Source of the DNA: Chiloscyllium plagiosum
Taxonomy: Eukaryota
DNA: 64,000 bases
Direction: 5' to 3'
NCBI RefSeq assembly: GCF_004010195.1
Contig: NC_057718.1
Span: forward strand, 62,728,311-62,792,310
A model generated the notes under the pieces. It was not told where the DNA came from. It saw only the letters and a list, made by a program, of their open reading frames with translations, and did not search any database. A program made the position numbers and the translations under genes. How positions within the stretch are numbered: the stretch's first letter is position 1; each line of letters starts with the position of its first letter. Below are positions 12,890-25,478 of the stretch, piece after piece.

Positions 12890-14180
12890 GGAGCAGAAGT
12901 ACACAGGAGCAGCAGGTCATTCAGCCCCTTGAGCTTGCTTCACCAATCCAGATCATAACTGAACATCTACCTCAATGCCATAGTCACATCCCCTTCGCTA
13001 TCTCCATATTCCTTGAAGTCATTAGAAACTAGAAATTCATCACTCCCTTCCTTAATGTCTGAGCTTTCAAAATCCTCTGGAGTAGAAAATTTCAAAGATC
13101 TGCCAACCTCTGAGTGAAGAAGTTCTATTCATTTCAGTCTTATATGTTTTTTTTTAAATTCAGTCTCTCCAATTCCAGACTCTGCAGCCAATGGATACAT
13201 TCTTTCGGTAATTGTTGTCTGTCCCTTTAAGAATTTTGTAGGATTCTATGAGAATGTCTTTCACTATTCTAAACTTCAGAGAAAACAAGTCTAGTCTCCT
13301 CATCGCTCCTCGCAAGGCAGTCCCACCATCCTAGAAATCAATCTGATCGACCTCTGCTGAACTCCATCTATGGTAAATATATCCTTCCTTCAGTAAGGAG
13401 GGCAAGAACTGAACACATTACTCCAGGTGTGGTCTCACAATGTCCTTTCCAACTGAAGCAAGACTTATTTGCTGCTGTTTAGGAACCTCTTGTGATAAAG
13501 ACTGACACATAATTTCTCTCCAAATGGTTTGTTGCCCCTGTATGCTCATTTTCAGTAACTTATGAACAAGGACACCTAGGTCCTTTTGGACATCAATTCT
13601 GTTCAATCTTTTACCATTTACGAAGTAGAGTACAACAGCAAGCAGGTTATGCTAAATTTGGATAATACATTAGCTAGACCTCAGCTACAGAAGTGTGTGC
13701 AGTTCTGGGTGCTTCAGAAGGCATGTGAATACATTGGAGAGAAGATAAAGAGATTTACCAGGGTGGTTCCACAGATAAAACTTCTGATGTGAAGGTACAC
13801 CGCAGAAGTTTTCCTTGGAAATCTGATTGTAGTTTTCAAAATTATGAGGTGCCTGGACAGAGTAGAGAGGGAGTAATCGTTCCCACTTATGAAAGGATTG
13901 AGAATGAAAGGACAGAGATTTAAAGGAATTTGTTAACAAAGTGAATGCAGTCCACGAAAAAAAGCGGTTTCACGCAGGGAGTAGTTAACATTTTGAATGC
14001 ACTGCCTAGAAATGTGGTGGAGGCAGATTCGATAGTCAAGAGACCATTAGATAATTCTGTACATTTGTTTCTATTCAAATAATTATCAGGTAAAGGTATG
14101 AGAAAGTTACCAAGTCATAATACTCACAGAGCCATTGCAGACATGATGGCCCAAATGTTGTCTGCTGCCATAACAGTTCT
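12890..14180. mobile_element. Two CR1 3' fragments joined head-to-head (minus about 12890-13620, plus about 13625-14180)
   Basis: ORF 13418..13606(-) VRPHLE; ORF 13586..13792(+) RPQLQKCVQFW. Confidence 0.7.
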
Positions 14181-14347
14181 GAAAATTCATGGATAACTTA
14201 TACTTTGATATTCCCATTACGTTCTAAATTCACCCTCTCTAATCAATCTTGGGTAGAATCAGCCGTCTAACAACTTCAGCATCTTATTTGACCCCATTCT
14301 GAGGTACTATCAACCATTACCATAAAGATCACTTATTTCTGCCTCCA

Positions 14348-17300
14348 TAGAACATTGAACAGTACAGGCTCTTTGGCCTTTGATGTTGCGTCGATCTGTG
14401 GAACCAATGTGAAGCCCATCTATCCTACACTCTTTCATCGTCATCCAGACATTTATCCAATGATCACTTAAATGCCCTTAAAGTTGGCGAGTCTACTACT
14501 GTTGCAGGCAGTGCGTTCCACGCCCCTACTACTCTCCGAGTAAAGAAACTATCTCTGACATCTGTCCTATATCTATCACCCACCAATTTAAAACAGTGTC
14601 CTCTCGTGTTAGCCATCACCATCCAAGGAAAACAGGCTCTCACTGTCCACCCTATTGAACCCTCTGAGTAACTAATATGTCTCAATGGAGTCACCTCTCA
14701 ACCTTCTCTCTAGTGAAAACAGCCTCAAGTCAGAGTCATAGAGATGTAGAGCATGGAAACAGACTCTTCGGTCCAACTCATCCATGCCGACCAAATATCC
14801 CAACCCAATCTAGTCCCACCTGCCAGCACTCGACCCATATCCCTCCTAACGCTTCCTATTCAGATACCATCCAGATGTCTTTTAAATGTTGCAATTGTAC
14901 TAGCCTCCATCACTTCCTCTGGCAGCCCATTCCACACATGCATCATCCTTTGCATGAAAAAGATGCTCTTTAGGTCTCTTTTATATTTTTTTCTCTCTAC
15001 CCTAAACCTAAGCCCTCTAGTTCTGGACTTCTCCACTCCAGGGGAAAGACTTTGTCTATTTACTCTATCCATTATCCCTCATGACTTTATAAACCTCTAT
15101 AAGGTCACCCCTCAGCCTCCGATGCTCCAGGGAAAATAGCCCTAACCTATTTAACCTCTCCCTATAGCTCAAATCCTCCAACCCTGGCAACATCTTGTAA
15201 ATCTTTTCTGAACCCTTTCAAGATTCACAACATCTTTCCGATTGGAAACAGACCAGAATTGCATGCAATATTCCAACAGTGGCCTAACCAATATCATGTA
15301 CATTCGCAACATGACCTCCCAACTCCTGTACTCAACACTGACCAATAAAAGCAAGCATACCAAGTGCCTTCTTCACTATCCTATCTACCTGCGACTCCAC
15401 TTTCAAGGAGCTATGAACCTGCACTGTAAAGTCTCTTTGCTCAGCAACACTCCCTAGGACCTTACCATTAAATATACAAGTCCTGCTAAGATTTGCCTCC
15501 CCAAAATGCAGCACCTCGCATTTATCTAAGTTAAACTCCATCTGCCACTTCTCAGCCCATTGGCTCATCTGATTCAAGATGTGACCTCAGCGTTTCCTCA
15601 TAAGACCTTCCCTCCATACCAGGCAACATCCTAGTAAACCTCCTCTGAATCCTTTCCAAAGCTTCAACATCCTTACTATAATACGGTGACCAGAACTGTA
15701 CACAATACTCTAAGTGCGGCCACACCATAGTTTTGTACAACTGCTGCATAACCTCGTCGTTTCGAAACTCAATCCCTCTACCAATAAAAGTTAACTCACC
15801 ATATGCCTTCTTAACAAACCTATCAACCTGGGTGGCAACTTTCAGGGATCTACATACATGGACACAGATCTCTCTGCTCATCTACGCTACCAAGAATCTT
15901 ACCATTAGCCCAGTACTCTTGATTCTTGTTGCTCTTTCAAAAGTGAATCACCTCATGCTTTACCACGTTAAATTCCATTTGCCACATCTCAACCTAGCTC
16001 TGCAGCTTATCAATGTCCTTCTGTAATCTGCAACATTCTTCAGCACTATCCACAATTCCACTAGCTTTAGTGTCATGCGCAAACTTAATAACACATCCTT
16101 CATGCCCTCATACAGGTCATTTATAAAAATGACAAACAGCAGTGGCTGCAAAAAGATCCTTGTGGTATGGCACTAGTAACTGAACTCCAGGATGAACATT
16201 TCCCATCAACCACCACCCCTAGTCTTCTTTCAGCTAGACAATCTCTGAGCCAAACTGCTAAATCGCCCTCAATCCCATGCTTCCATATTTTGTGCAATAG
16301 CATACCGTGGGGAACCTTAGCAAATGCCTGACTGAAATCCATATACATCACATCAACCGCTTTATCCTCATCCACCTGTTTGGTCACCTTCTCAAAGATC
16401 TCAATAAGGTTTGTGAGGCATGACCTACCCTTCACAAACCTGTTGACTATACCTAATCAACCTATTCCTCTCTAGATGATTATAAATCCTATCTCTTATA
16501 ACCTTTTCCAACACTTTACCCACAACAGAAGTAAGGCTCACTGGTCTATAATTACCAGTATTGTCTCTACTCTCCTTCGTGAACAAGGGAATAACATTTG
16601 CTCTCCTCCAGTCTTCTAGCACTATTGCTGTAGACAATGACGACATAAAGATCGAAGTCAAAGGCTCTGCAATGTCTTCCCTGGTTTCCCAGAGAATCTT
16701 AGGATAAATCCCATCTGGCCCAGGGGCTTATCTATTTTCACAGGGAAAAGACTTTGTCTATTTATCCTATCCATGCTCCTCATAATTTTGTAAACCTCTA
16801 TAAGGTCACCCCTCAGCCTCCGACGCTCCAGGGAAAACAGTCCCAGCCTGTTCAGCCTCTCACTATAGCTCAAATCCTCCAACCCTGGCAACATCCTTGT
16901 AAATCTTTTCTGAACCCTTTCAAGTTTCACAACATCTTTCCGATAGGAAGGAGACCAGAATTGCACGCAATATTCCAACAATGGCCTCCCAACTCCTGTA
17001 CTCAATACTCTGGCCAATAAAGGAAAGCATACCAAACGCCTTCTTCACTATCCTATCTACCTGCGACTCCACTTTCAAGGGGTTATGAACCTGCACTCCA
17101 AGGTCTCTTTGTTCAGCATCACTCCCTAGGACCTTACCATTAAGTGTAAGTCCTGCTAAGATTTGCTTTCCCAAAATGGGACACCTCGCATTTATTTGAA
17201 TTAAACTCCATCTGCCACTTCTCAGCCCGTTGGCCCATCTGGTCCAGATCCTGTTGTATTCTGAGGTAACCCTCTTTGCTGCCAACTACACCTCCAATTT

Positions 17301-17870
17301 TGGTGTCATCTGCAAACTTACTAACTGTACCTCTTATGCTCGCATCCAAATCATTTATGTAAATGACAAAAAGTAGAGGACCCAGCACTGATCCTTGTGG
17401 CACTTCACTGGTTACAGACCTCCAGCCTGAAAAACAACCCTCCATCACCACCCTCTGTCTTCTAACTTTGAGCCAGTTCTGTATCCAAATGGCTAGTTCT
17501 CCCTATATTCCATGAGATCTAACCTTGCTAATCAGTTTCCCATTGGAACCTTGTCGAACACCTTATTGAAGTCCATATAGATCACATCTACTGCTCTGCC
17601 CTCATCAATCCTCTTTGTTACTTCTTCAAAAAACTCAATCAAGTTTGTGAGACATGATTTCCCACGCACAAAGCCATGTTGACTATCCCTAATCAGTCCT
17701 TGCCTTTCCAAATACATGTACATCCTGTCCTTTTAAATTTTGCCCCTCTCACTCTAAATCTATGCCCTCTCGTTCTAGACTCCCCCACTTCAAGGAAAAG
17801 ATCATGTATATTTACCCTATCCGTGCCCCTTGTGATTTTATAAACCTCTATAAGGTCACCTCTCAGCCTC
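14348..17870 (-). mobile_element. Nested cluster of three to four CR1 LINE fragments
   Basis: Multiple ORFs with CR1 RT motifs (GNYRPVSLTSVVGK, QHGFVRGKSCLTNL, VPQGSVLGPLLF, FADD, LEYCVQFWSP). Confidence 0.92.
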
Positions 17871-18796
17871 CTGTAGGAAGTCCATGTCCCTATCCCCCAA
17901 TAGAGGATTTGGTATCACTCTCCAAATTTTCTCAAGGGCAATTGGGGACTGACAATAGACATTGTTCTGCCAATGATGTTCATATCCCAGGTTTAAATAA
18001 GTATAAAAATGGAAGCAGTGGAAGCAAAGTAACTTGTTATGTGATTTTATTAAATATGACCCTAGAACATACCCTAGAACTTGCCGAAAATGGATGCCAG
18101 AAAGTGTTCAATTTCTTAATATTGGCATCCAACCTCTTGATAAGTACAAAAAGTCAGAATAAAACGTGATACTATTTTTCCAATTGTAATTACCATGTGC
18201 TGGGAAAGCCTGTGTTTCTTTTACTTTTAATAGACAAAATGGACTGGGAAGCTTTAAAAGGTTAATTAGGTTCAAAGAAATGCTCATTGACCTAGAGTTC
18301 TCAAAGGGTTGAGCTGCTAAGAAGCAAAAGGGTAAATAAAACTCCACTGCCATGGGATTGGGTTTTGTCTGTTTTCTTTTGCAGGTAGTCAATCCAAATG
18401 CCTGGCAATTCAAACGTTTAGAAAACAACAAATACCTCACTCTGAATGCAACAGTTTTAGCTTAGTTAGTCTTTCAACAGTTCCTGGTCGTGAATGATGT
18501 TTCGGAGATCACATCAGAGAGAGTATTACTTTCTATGTTATAAATTTGGAAGAGACAGAACACTGAAAGCAGGAAGAGTAAGAAATTATGAATTATTTCT
18601 TTTGAAGTGCTGACAGAGCCGAGCAGATCATTTAAAGGGGTCAGTGAGGGGAGTCTCTAGTGACTTTGCATCATTGAGACAGCTGTGACCAGAATGAGAC
18701 AGGTTCATAATTTGTTCCTTGTCAGTGGCAATGTATCCAGGGACTTCTGGACGGAATAGATCTGCTTGTGAATATGACTCAAAAGCCAAAATAATT

Positions 18797-19511
18797 CAAA
18801 GTTTGGGTGAAGATTTGTAGCTCGGGTTCTCGTTGTTGTGGTTCTGTTCGCCGAGCTGGAAATTTTTGTTGCAAACGTTTCGTCATGAGTGCCATGCTTC
18901 TAGGAATTCCCTGGCTGTTCTTTGTTTGGCTTGCCCTATAACGGTAGTGTTGTCCCAATCGAAATCATGTTGCTTGTCGTCTGCGTGTGTGGCTACTAAG
19001 GATAGCTGGTCGTGTCGTTTCGTGGCTAGTTGATGTTCATGGATGTTCATGTAGTGTACAAAATCCCATGCAAGGACTGCACAAAACACTATATAGGACA
19101 AACAGGAAGACAGCTAACGATCCGCATCCATGAACATCAACTAGCCACGAAACGACACGACCAGCTATCCTTAGTAGCCACACATGCAGACGACAAGCAA
19201 CATGAATTCGACTGGGACAACACTACCATTATAGGGCAAGCCAAACAGAGAACAGCCAGGGAATTCCTAGACACATGGCACTCATCCACAAACTCCATCA
19301 ACAAACACATCGACCTGGACCCAATATACCGGCCACTACAGCGAACAGCTGAAACTGACAACCGGAAGCGGCAGGGACAGGCCACTATAAATGCCGGAGG
19401 AAACACCACAGAAGCGCTTCACAGGAGGCTCCCAAGCACTGAGGATGTCACCTCGACAGGGGACGAAACGTTTGCAACAAAAATTTCCAGCTCGGCGAAC
19501 AGAACCACAAC
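18797..19511 (+). mobile_element. Penelope-like element family B: GIY-YIG endonuclease end plus pLTR, with inverted 5' segments; 13-bp TSD
   Basis: VVYKIPCKDCTKHYIGQTGRQLTIRIHEH; TSD agccaaaataatt at 18784-18796 and 19512-19524. Confidence 0.9.
19436..19475 (+). ncRNA. Minimal hammerhead ribozyme motif (family B)
   Basis: gca-CTGAGGA-t-GTCaCCT cgac AGGgGAC-GAAAC-GTT-tgc. Confidence 0.7.
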
Positions 19512-19675
19512 AGCCAAAATAATTGCATGAGAAGTGCAATATCATACAAAATGGAGGCAGACTGGAAAGACTAAAATCACATGTGCGATAATACATCTGT
19601 GCAAGTAGTAATGCAAGTACATTATGTAAGTACATAGAGTATTTTATTGTGCTCAAGGCAAAAATTTTAAGTATT

Positions 19676-19762
19676 GAAAATGTGTTGCTGGAAAAGCGCA
19701 GCAGGTCAGGCAGCATCCAAGGAACAGGAGAATCGACGTTTCGGGCATAAGTCCTTCTTCAG
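19676..19762 (-). mobile_element. Solo family A PLE pseudo-LTR segment
   Basis: Reverse complement of 12588-12675; possible gtatt TSD. Confidence 0.85.
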
Positions 19763-20362
19763 GTATTCCTCATTTGTTAATTAATGTTTGAATTATGTTG
19801 ATTTTAGTTAGTTTGCTATAATAAAAGTTTTAAAAAGTAAAATGTTGTCCATTGGGATTTTTTCCATTGATATTGTGGAGTTTCCCTTCTTTTAAAAACA
19901 TTATTGGTCTCTTAATAATGTACGTATAGGTCATATCAATTTATTAACGTCAAGTGTAAACAAATGTCAAAGATGTCCATTGTGATGGGCAAATTATTTT
20001 AGAATTTGGTTTAACAAACAACTTATATTAATAAAGCATTAGAAGTTTAACTTATTGCACAATTATGTCAGAAAGCTGCTGGTTTAGATTCAAAAAATCA
20101 AAAATACATGAGTTCCACCTGTGCTACATTAATAACATGTTAAAAAAATATATAACAAATACACATACTGGTCATAAAAAATCATATACGACTTCAAAAA
20201 TGAATCTTATGTTTGTATTAGAGATCCAGCATGCAGGACTGTTCTAATGCACTTTCTACTAGATTATGTTATGCAACACTTCCAAGAACAGCAAATTCTG
20301 CTTACTGAAATACATGAAGTCCAGCTAGGCTGAGAACTAGTAAATTGATACAAAACACTTAC

Positions 20363-20997
20363 CGCTGGGTACTGGCTTGCATGAGGTGTTAGATTTTTGA
20401 AAGCCCATTGAATATTCTGATGAGAAGCTAACTGCCGTGTGAAAGCAGAGGATTGTTCACAACACAGGCGTAAAATTCCATAATATGCTGGTAGCATCCC
20501 TCGGTTAAAGAGAACAACATCTTGGTCGTCGTGATCAGCCAAGATGTAATTAAAAGCAATGTTTTTTGTCACTATAGGATTCTGTACAATGAATCGCACA
20601 TTTTCTGGGCAATCCACACATACATTGTACCAGAAGATGAGCAGTGCCTGTTTATTGTGGTTTGTTGCAATAGCAGGTTCAGACAGCTTAGGCTGGAAGA
20701 GATTCCAGAGGTCCATGAAGTAACTAGAGAACATCAGCTTCTCAGTCTTCGAGACCAAACAGTACGTCATGAAGCTAAAATAAGGAACTAATTTTGTGGT
20801 GCCATGGACAGCAGCATCAACATATAATTTGGCTCTTGAAAGTAGACCCAGAAGAATATTGTACACCTGATGGAGGACAACAGTAGTGTCTGGACTAAGA
20901 GGTAAATCACGAGTAGGATTATGCAAAGAACGTGTTGATCGGAACATCTGACGGAAAGAATTGCTTGGAATGAGAGAAACCAAAAGGTAAGCTGCAG
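20363..20997 (-). CDS. USP34: USP34 exon 20, large exon ((S)AAYLLVSLIPSNSFRQMFRS...NLTPHASQYPA)
   Basis: ORF 20264..20983 closely matches USP34; ttacag / gtaagt; 635 nt. Confidence 0.97.
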
Positions 20998-21104
20998 CTG
21001 TAAGGAATGAACAAAATTACAATCAATATAATGGATCACAATATTTAGCTACACACAGTGATTGTGATACAGTTATCACTTCGTGACTCTTTAAAGCAAA
21101 AAAA

Positions 21105-21530
21105 AAAAGACTTGTTTTCAGATAGATTTATCACAAGCACAGGTCAAGCCATATTACTTTCCAGCCAACAAAGTACTTTTCAGAGTATAGTTCACTGATG
21201 TAGAAAAAAGGATAGCGAATGTGTATGCAGGAAACTCCCACAATTATGAATTCGACAATGGTCAAATCAACAGTTTGATTGAGTGATAAATATTATCCAG
21301 GATATTGAGATAACTACTACTGTACTCCTCTTTGAAATAATGCCATGGGAACTTTTACATCCACCTGTATGAGCAGACAGAGCTTCAGTTTTAACATCAC
21401 ATCTGTTAAATGGTATACTTCCTACGGTACAGCACCAGAGTATCAGCCCTGACCTTTGTGTTTCAAGTACCGGAGATCTGAACACACAATCATCTGACTC
21501 AGAACAATATTACTATGAACTGAGCCACTG
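21105..21530 (-). mobile_element. Deu-domain SINE (SacSINE1-like)
   Basis: tRNA-like head cagtggctcagt; Deu core caggtggatgtaaaagttcccatggcattatttcaaagagg. Confidence 0.7.
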
Positions 21531-21724
21531 ATTTATTATTCAAAAACAAGAACCTTGGCACGGAATAAAATAAATATTAAATAAGGCCACATAGGCAACC
21601 ATTGCATTCCACGCTATTTTACCAAAGACCAGTGAAAGTGTGGTTAACGATGGAAAGGCACAAAATTTCAAAAACATTCAATTACAAACTAGAACATTAA
21701 AACATATATCTAGCACCGACTTAC

Positions 21725-21872
21725 ATGTTCTGACTCGAGGGTAGTTGTGTGCCAACAAAAAACGCTCCACCCAGTTCTCCATGTTTTGGAGTACCCAGCT
21801 ATGAGCTAGCTTATTGCGAGGTGTTTGCATTGCCAGCCAATCTAAGCACTGAGAAGGATTATATTCAATAAC
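21725..21872 (-). CDS. USP34: USP34 exon 19 (VIEYNPSQCLDWLAMQTPRNKLAHSWVLQNMENWVERFLLAHNYPRVRT)
   Basis: Peptide match; gattag / gtaagt; 148 nt. Confidence 0.95.
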
Positions 21873-22148
21873 CTAATCAAACAGAAGAGAACACGTGTTA
21901 ATTGTCTTAATAACCTAAAACACAATTTGAACTCTTCCAATAGATAGTGCAACTGTCAGTATTCAATTACGAAAAGAACTTTCATTTGCTTGAAACTCTG
22001 CAATTACGTACTTAACTCATACCGAAACCAAAATATATTGTGAATAATTGTGTGCTTCAATATAGCTATTAAATCAACCATAACATTTCTGAAAAAAATA
22101 AATTCAGTTCTACAAATTCCATACTTTGTGAAAATTAAACACCTTAAA

Positions 22149-22391
22149 GTTTGTGCGAAGATTTGTAGCTCGGGTGCTCGTTGTTGTGGTTCTGTTCGCC
22201 GAGCTGGAAGTTTTTGTTGCAAACGTTTTGTCCCCTGGCTAGGCGACATCATCAGTGCTTGGGAGCCTCCTGCGAAGTGCTTCTTTCAAAGAAGCACTTC
22301 GCAGGAGGCTCCCAAGCACTGATGATGTCGCCTAGCCAAAGGACGAAACGTTTGCAACAAAAACTTCTAGCTCGGCGAACAGAACCACAAC
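22149..22391. mobile_element. Non-coding fold-back family B PLE derivative (two inverted pLTRs); 12-bp TSD
   Basis: Arms 22181-22286 and 22288-22393; TSD aaacaccttaaa at 22137-22148 and 22392-22403. Confidence 0.9.
22316..22355 (+). ncRNA. Minimal hammerhead ribozyme motif (family B)
   Basis: gca-CTGATGA-t-GTC...GAC-GAAAC-GTT-tgc. Confidence 0.65.
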
Positions 22392-22451
22392 AAACACCTT
22401 AAAATTTACATTTTTGCAATACATTTTACCAAATTAGTTTTTTACTCATAC

Positions 22452-22556
22452 CTCCCAAATTCTTTGAAGAATGCAAGATGCAAATGGAGGCATTCCAGGT
22501 GGTCCGCCAGCAAACTCCATCAACATAGAAAGCAGTTTAAAGAAAGGCTGTGCGGC
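22452..22556 (-). CDS. USP34: USP34 exon 18 (AAQPFFKLLSMLMEFAGGPPGMPPFASCILQRIWE)
   Basis: Peptide match; ttctag / gtatga; 105 nt. Confidence 0.95.
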
Positions 22557-23098
22557 CTAGAAATAATATGAAGTATACAGTGTTTATAGATGAATAATGC
22601 ATTTGATTAAAAGATCCCTTTGCTGCAAAACTTAAGTGACCAGGAGACTGTTTTACTCTCAATACATCAGCATTCTGAGGCACTCAAGAATCTGAACCAC
22701 ATAAATATGGAAAATTCAATCTGTGATCTATGGGACATTTGTTCATTTTAGTCAGACTGGTGGTAGGGCATTACAATTGACCTCAAGAAAAGCCTGAATT
22801 AAGATGTGAAAAACTGGACTAAGTATTAATTTGCTATTTAGATCACATATTCAAAATTGAATGTCAGGTGACATCAAGAACTGGTTTAGCTTGCTGCCAT
22901 ACTATATTATAAGAGCTCACAATGTGTGTAAATAAAATCCACTTGGGCAAGGACTGAAAGGCTAGTAGCACACAAGAGGCCTACAGATTATCGCCTTCAG
23001 GAGAAACAGTATACTTGACAAATAAAACATAAGATGCTGTGAAGAAGCTGTAGCACTTTTTCTCAAAGTCAAGAAATACAACAATACAACAGACATAC

Positions 23099-23143
23099 CT
23101 CAGGAGTCAGCTTTGCTATTGATGTGAATAGCATGGACACAAT
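23099..23143 (-). CDS. USP34: USP34 exon 17 (IVSMLFTSIAKLTPE)
   Basis: Peptide match; gtttag / gtatgt; 45 nt. Confidence 0.94.
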
Positions 23144-23250
23144 CTAAACACACAAAGAGAGAACGGTATTTAAAAACATTTGTAAATTTCTCCCCCAGCC
23201 CTATAACAAATATCTATTCAAATAAAAGCAGTGGTCCCAAATATGCATAC

Positions 23251-23355
23251 GTGTTCTGAAAGGCGATTGTTATAACGGCAGAGGCTGAAGATCAAATTGC
23301 ATGTCTGTCTGATGTTAATACCGTCTCGGATATGTTGAAACAAAAATGGGAAACC
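23251..23355 (-). CDS. USP34: USP34 exon 16 (GFPFLFQHIRDGINIRQTCNLIFSLCRYNNRLSEH)
   Basis: Within ORF 23218..23505; tctcag / gtatgc; 105 nt. Confidence 0.95.
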
Positions 23356-24813
23356 CTGAGAAAAACAACCAGAATAACAACTATCAGAAAAGGGCAATAA
23401 ATAGGCAGCATCCAGTGATAGACAGCAGCAAAATTTCAAATAACTACCAATGAACAAAGCATTTTTGACACATGTCCTAAAATGCACATCTTGAGACAAA
23501 AACAAATATAATAAAGACCCATTTTCAGTACAGGGTCAACACAATATAAAGATCAAGTAAGTCTCCTAGAAATCGCTAATTTTGCATCATTTAAAATGTG
23601 AAAACATATTTCATTATATAGATGATGCTAACATGCACATTTTAATATTTATTAGCCCAAATGTGAAACTGACAAACTTTTGCACAGTAGATCTAATAAA
23701 AGAACATTTTAAGGATGAAATTTGGCCAGTCTACTGGCTGGAGAGGCAGTGACAACCTAGCTGCAGTCTTTTCTGGGAACACTGTTGGAATAGAATTCCA
23801 ATTGCAGGCTTCCGTCATTACTAAATTCTGCAGGGGAATATTTTTGGCATAAAACTCCCCTATATAGCGGATGTCTCTGTTAGGAGAACAGAGGCCAGAA
23901 AAGGTGCCCACTGCAGATATTGCTGTCATCCAGATGCTAAAGATCATCCCTGGAGCTCCAAGATGTGATCACTGGTCACATTGATTAGATCAGCTCACTG
24001 TAAAGGGCAGGAGAGTGACTTCCTATGGATCTTTTGCTAGTTTCCAGGAGGTATGGAGATGGGACAAGGCCTGTAACTGATTACTTAGGGACATTAATTG
24101 TCCTCTGAGAGGAAATGCTGTTCTTGACTGCTCCACCCAGACTTAATCGCAACTAAGTCTGGAAAGTGATGTGCTTTCTATTACACATATTCCCACCCCA
24201 TTATACTGTACTCCACATCCCAGCTTCTCCTGCCGAGGATGCATTAGATGTGCACAAGTTTTGCCCGAAGTTTTCAGGGAACAATACAACATTAAAAAGA
24301 ATTTCATTTGATCCCATCCTTCCATTAGTTAGTAAATGAAAGAAAGTTTTTTTTCAATGAACAGGAGGGACAACTTTTAAACAGAATGTTTTAATGGTAG
24401 TATGAATTAATTTGGAAAATCTAGACAATACATCCAACATTTCTTTATCAACTGTCGAAATTATTTAGAGTTGTATGATGATCACTAGGAAATCAGTTTT
24501 CAGCCATGATGTTATGCAGTAATAAATTTGGGTATTTGATGAGTAAAGGACAAGATGATATTACTGTTTGTTTTTAAATAAGCAGCAGTTGGAAAGAGAG
24601 CACGAGACAAGACTTGGGGGCAAGATCTAATGGTATTAATTACCTAAGCAGGCAAGTGACTTGTATTTGTTAATCAGTAAATTAGGGCACTGGTTAGGGC
24701 AAAGAAAGATCGTAAGATTAAAGTATTAAATTCATTTACTGTATTCAATTATTTAAAACTACAAACAACCATTGAATAATAGTCCAAAACATGTACACTA
24801 AATAGTTAAGTTA

Positions 24814-25478
24814 AAAATCACATAACACCAAGTTATAGTCCAACAGGTTTATTTGGAAGCACTTGGTTTTGCAGCACTGCTCCTTCATCAGGTGGATGTG
24901 CAGCAGGACCATAAGACACAGAATTTATAGGAAAAGCTTACAGTGTCATGCGGCTGAAATATATTAAACAAACTTAGATTAAGTCTTTCACCTTTTAGAA
25001 TGGTTTTGCTAGTTTAGATTCATTAATATATAATTTAATTTATTTTAATTTAATTAAACTTGTACTTGCAGAATTACACCTTATTTTGCTCAAAAACTGC
25101 ATCATCCATGTAAAATTCTGTAAATCCCACTTTACAAATAGAATCAGTGTGACCCAACATTGGGACACAGATAGACTTTAACTTCACACCTTCAATATAT
25201 TATTTGAGCTGAGATGGCACCTATTGTTAAAAGCTTTTTTGAGAATGTAACTTTAACAAACTTCTGGGATTTACGTATGAAGGAACTGAAACATGATTGT
25301 TCTAAAAGATCAAAGCTAAATTTGTTTAATATGACACTTTATGACACTGCACTTCTCTTGCTATAAATTCTGTGTTGTATGTTTCTGCTCCACAAACACC
25401 TGATGAAGAAGCAGCACTTCGAAAGCTAACGCCTCCAAGTAAACCTGTTGGACTATAACCTGGCATTGTGCGATTTGC
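24814..25478. mobile_element. Fold-back family C PLE-like derivative with inverted terminal arms
   Basis: About 24814-24980 is the diverged reverse complement of about 25315-25478; hammerhead motif in each arm. Confidence 0.7.
25400..25428 (+). ncRNA. Minimal hammerhead ribozyme motif (family C)
   Basis: CTGATGA-a-GAAG cagca CTTC-GAAAG-CTA. Confidence 0.6.

Noticed and set aside
12890..14180. Twin-priming inversion of a single CR1
   Set aside because: The two halves cover overlapping 3' regions and differ in sequence; more likely independent insertions
18180..18790. Possible conserved non-coding element or snoRNA
   Set aside because: No clear C/D or H/ACA boxes with stems; conservation cannot be assessed without alignment
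22149..22391. DNA-transposon MITE or miRNA hairpin
   Set aside because: Arms are the pLTR of the GIY-YIG element at 18797-19511; long TSD and one-sided tail fit a PLE origin
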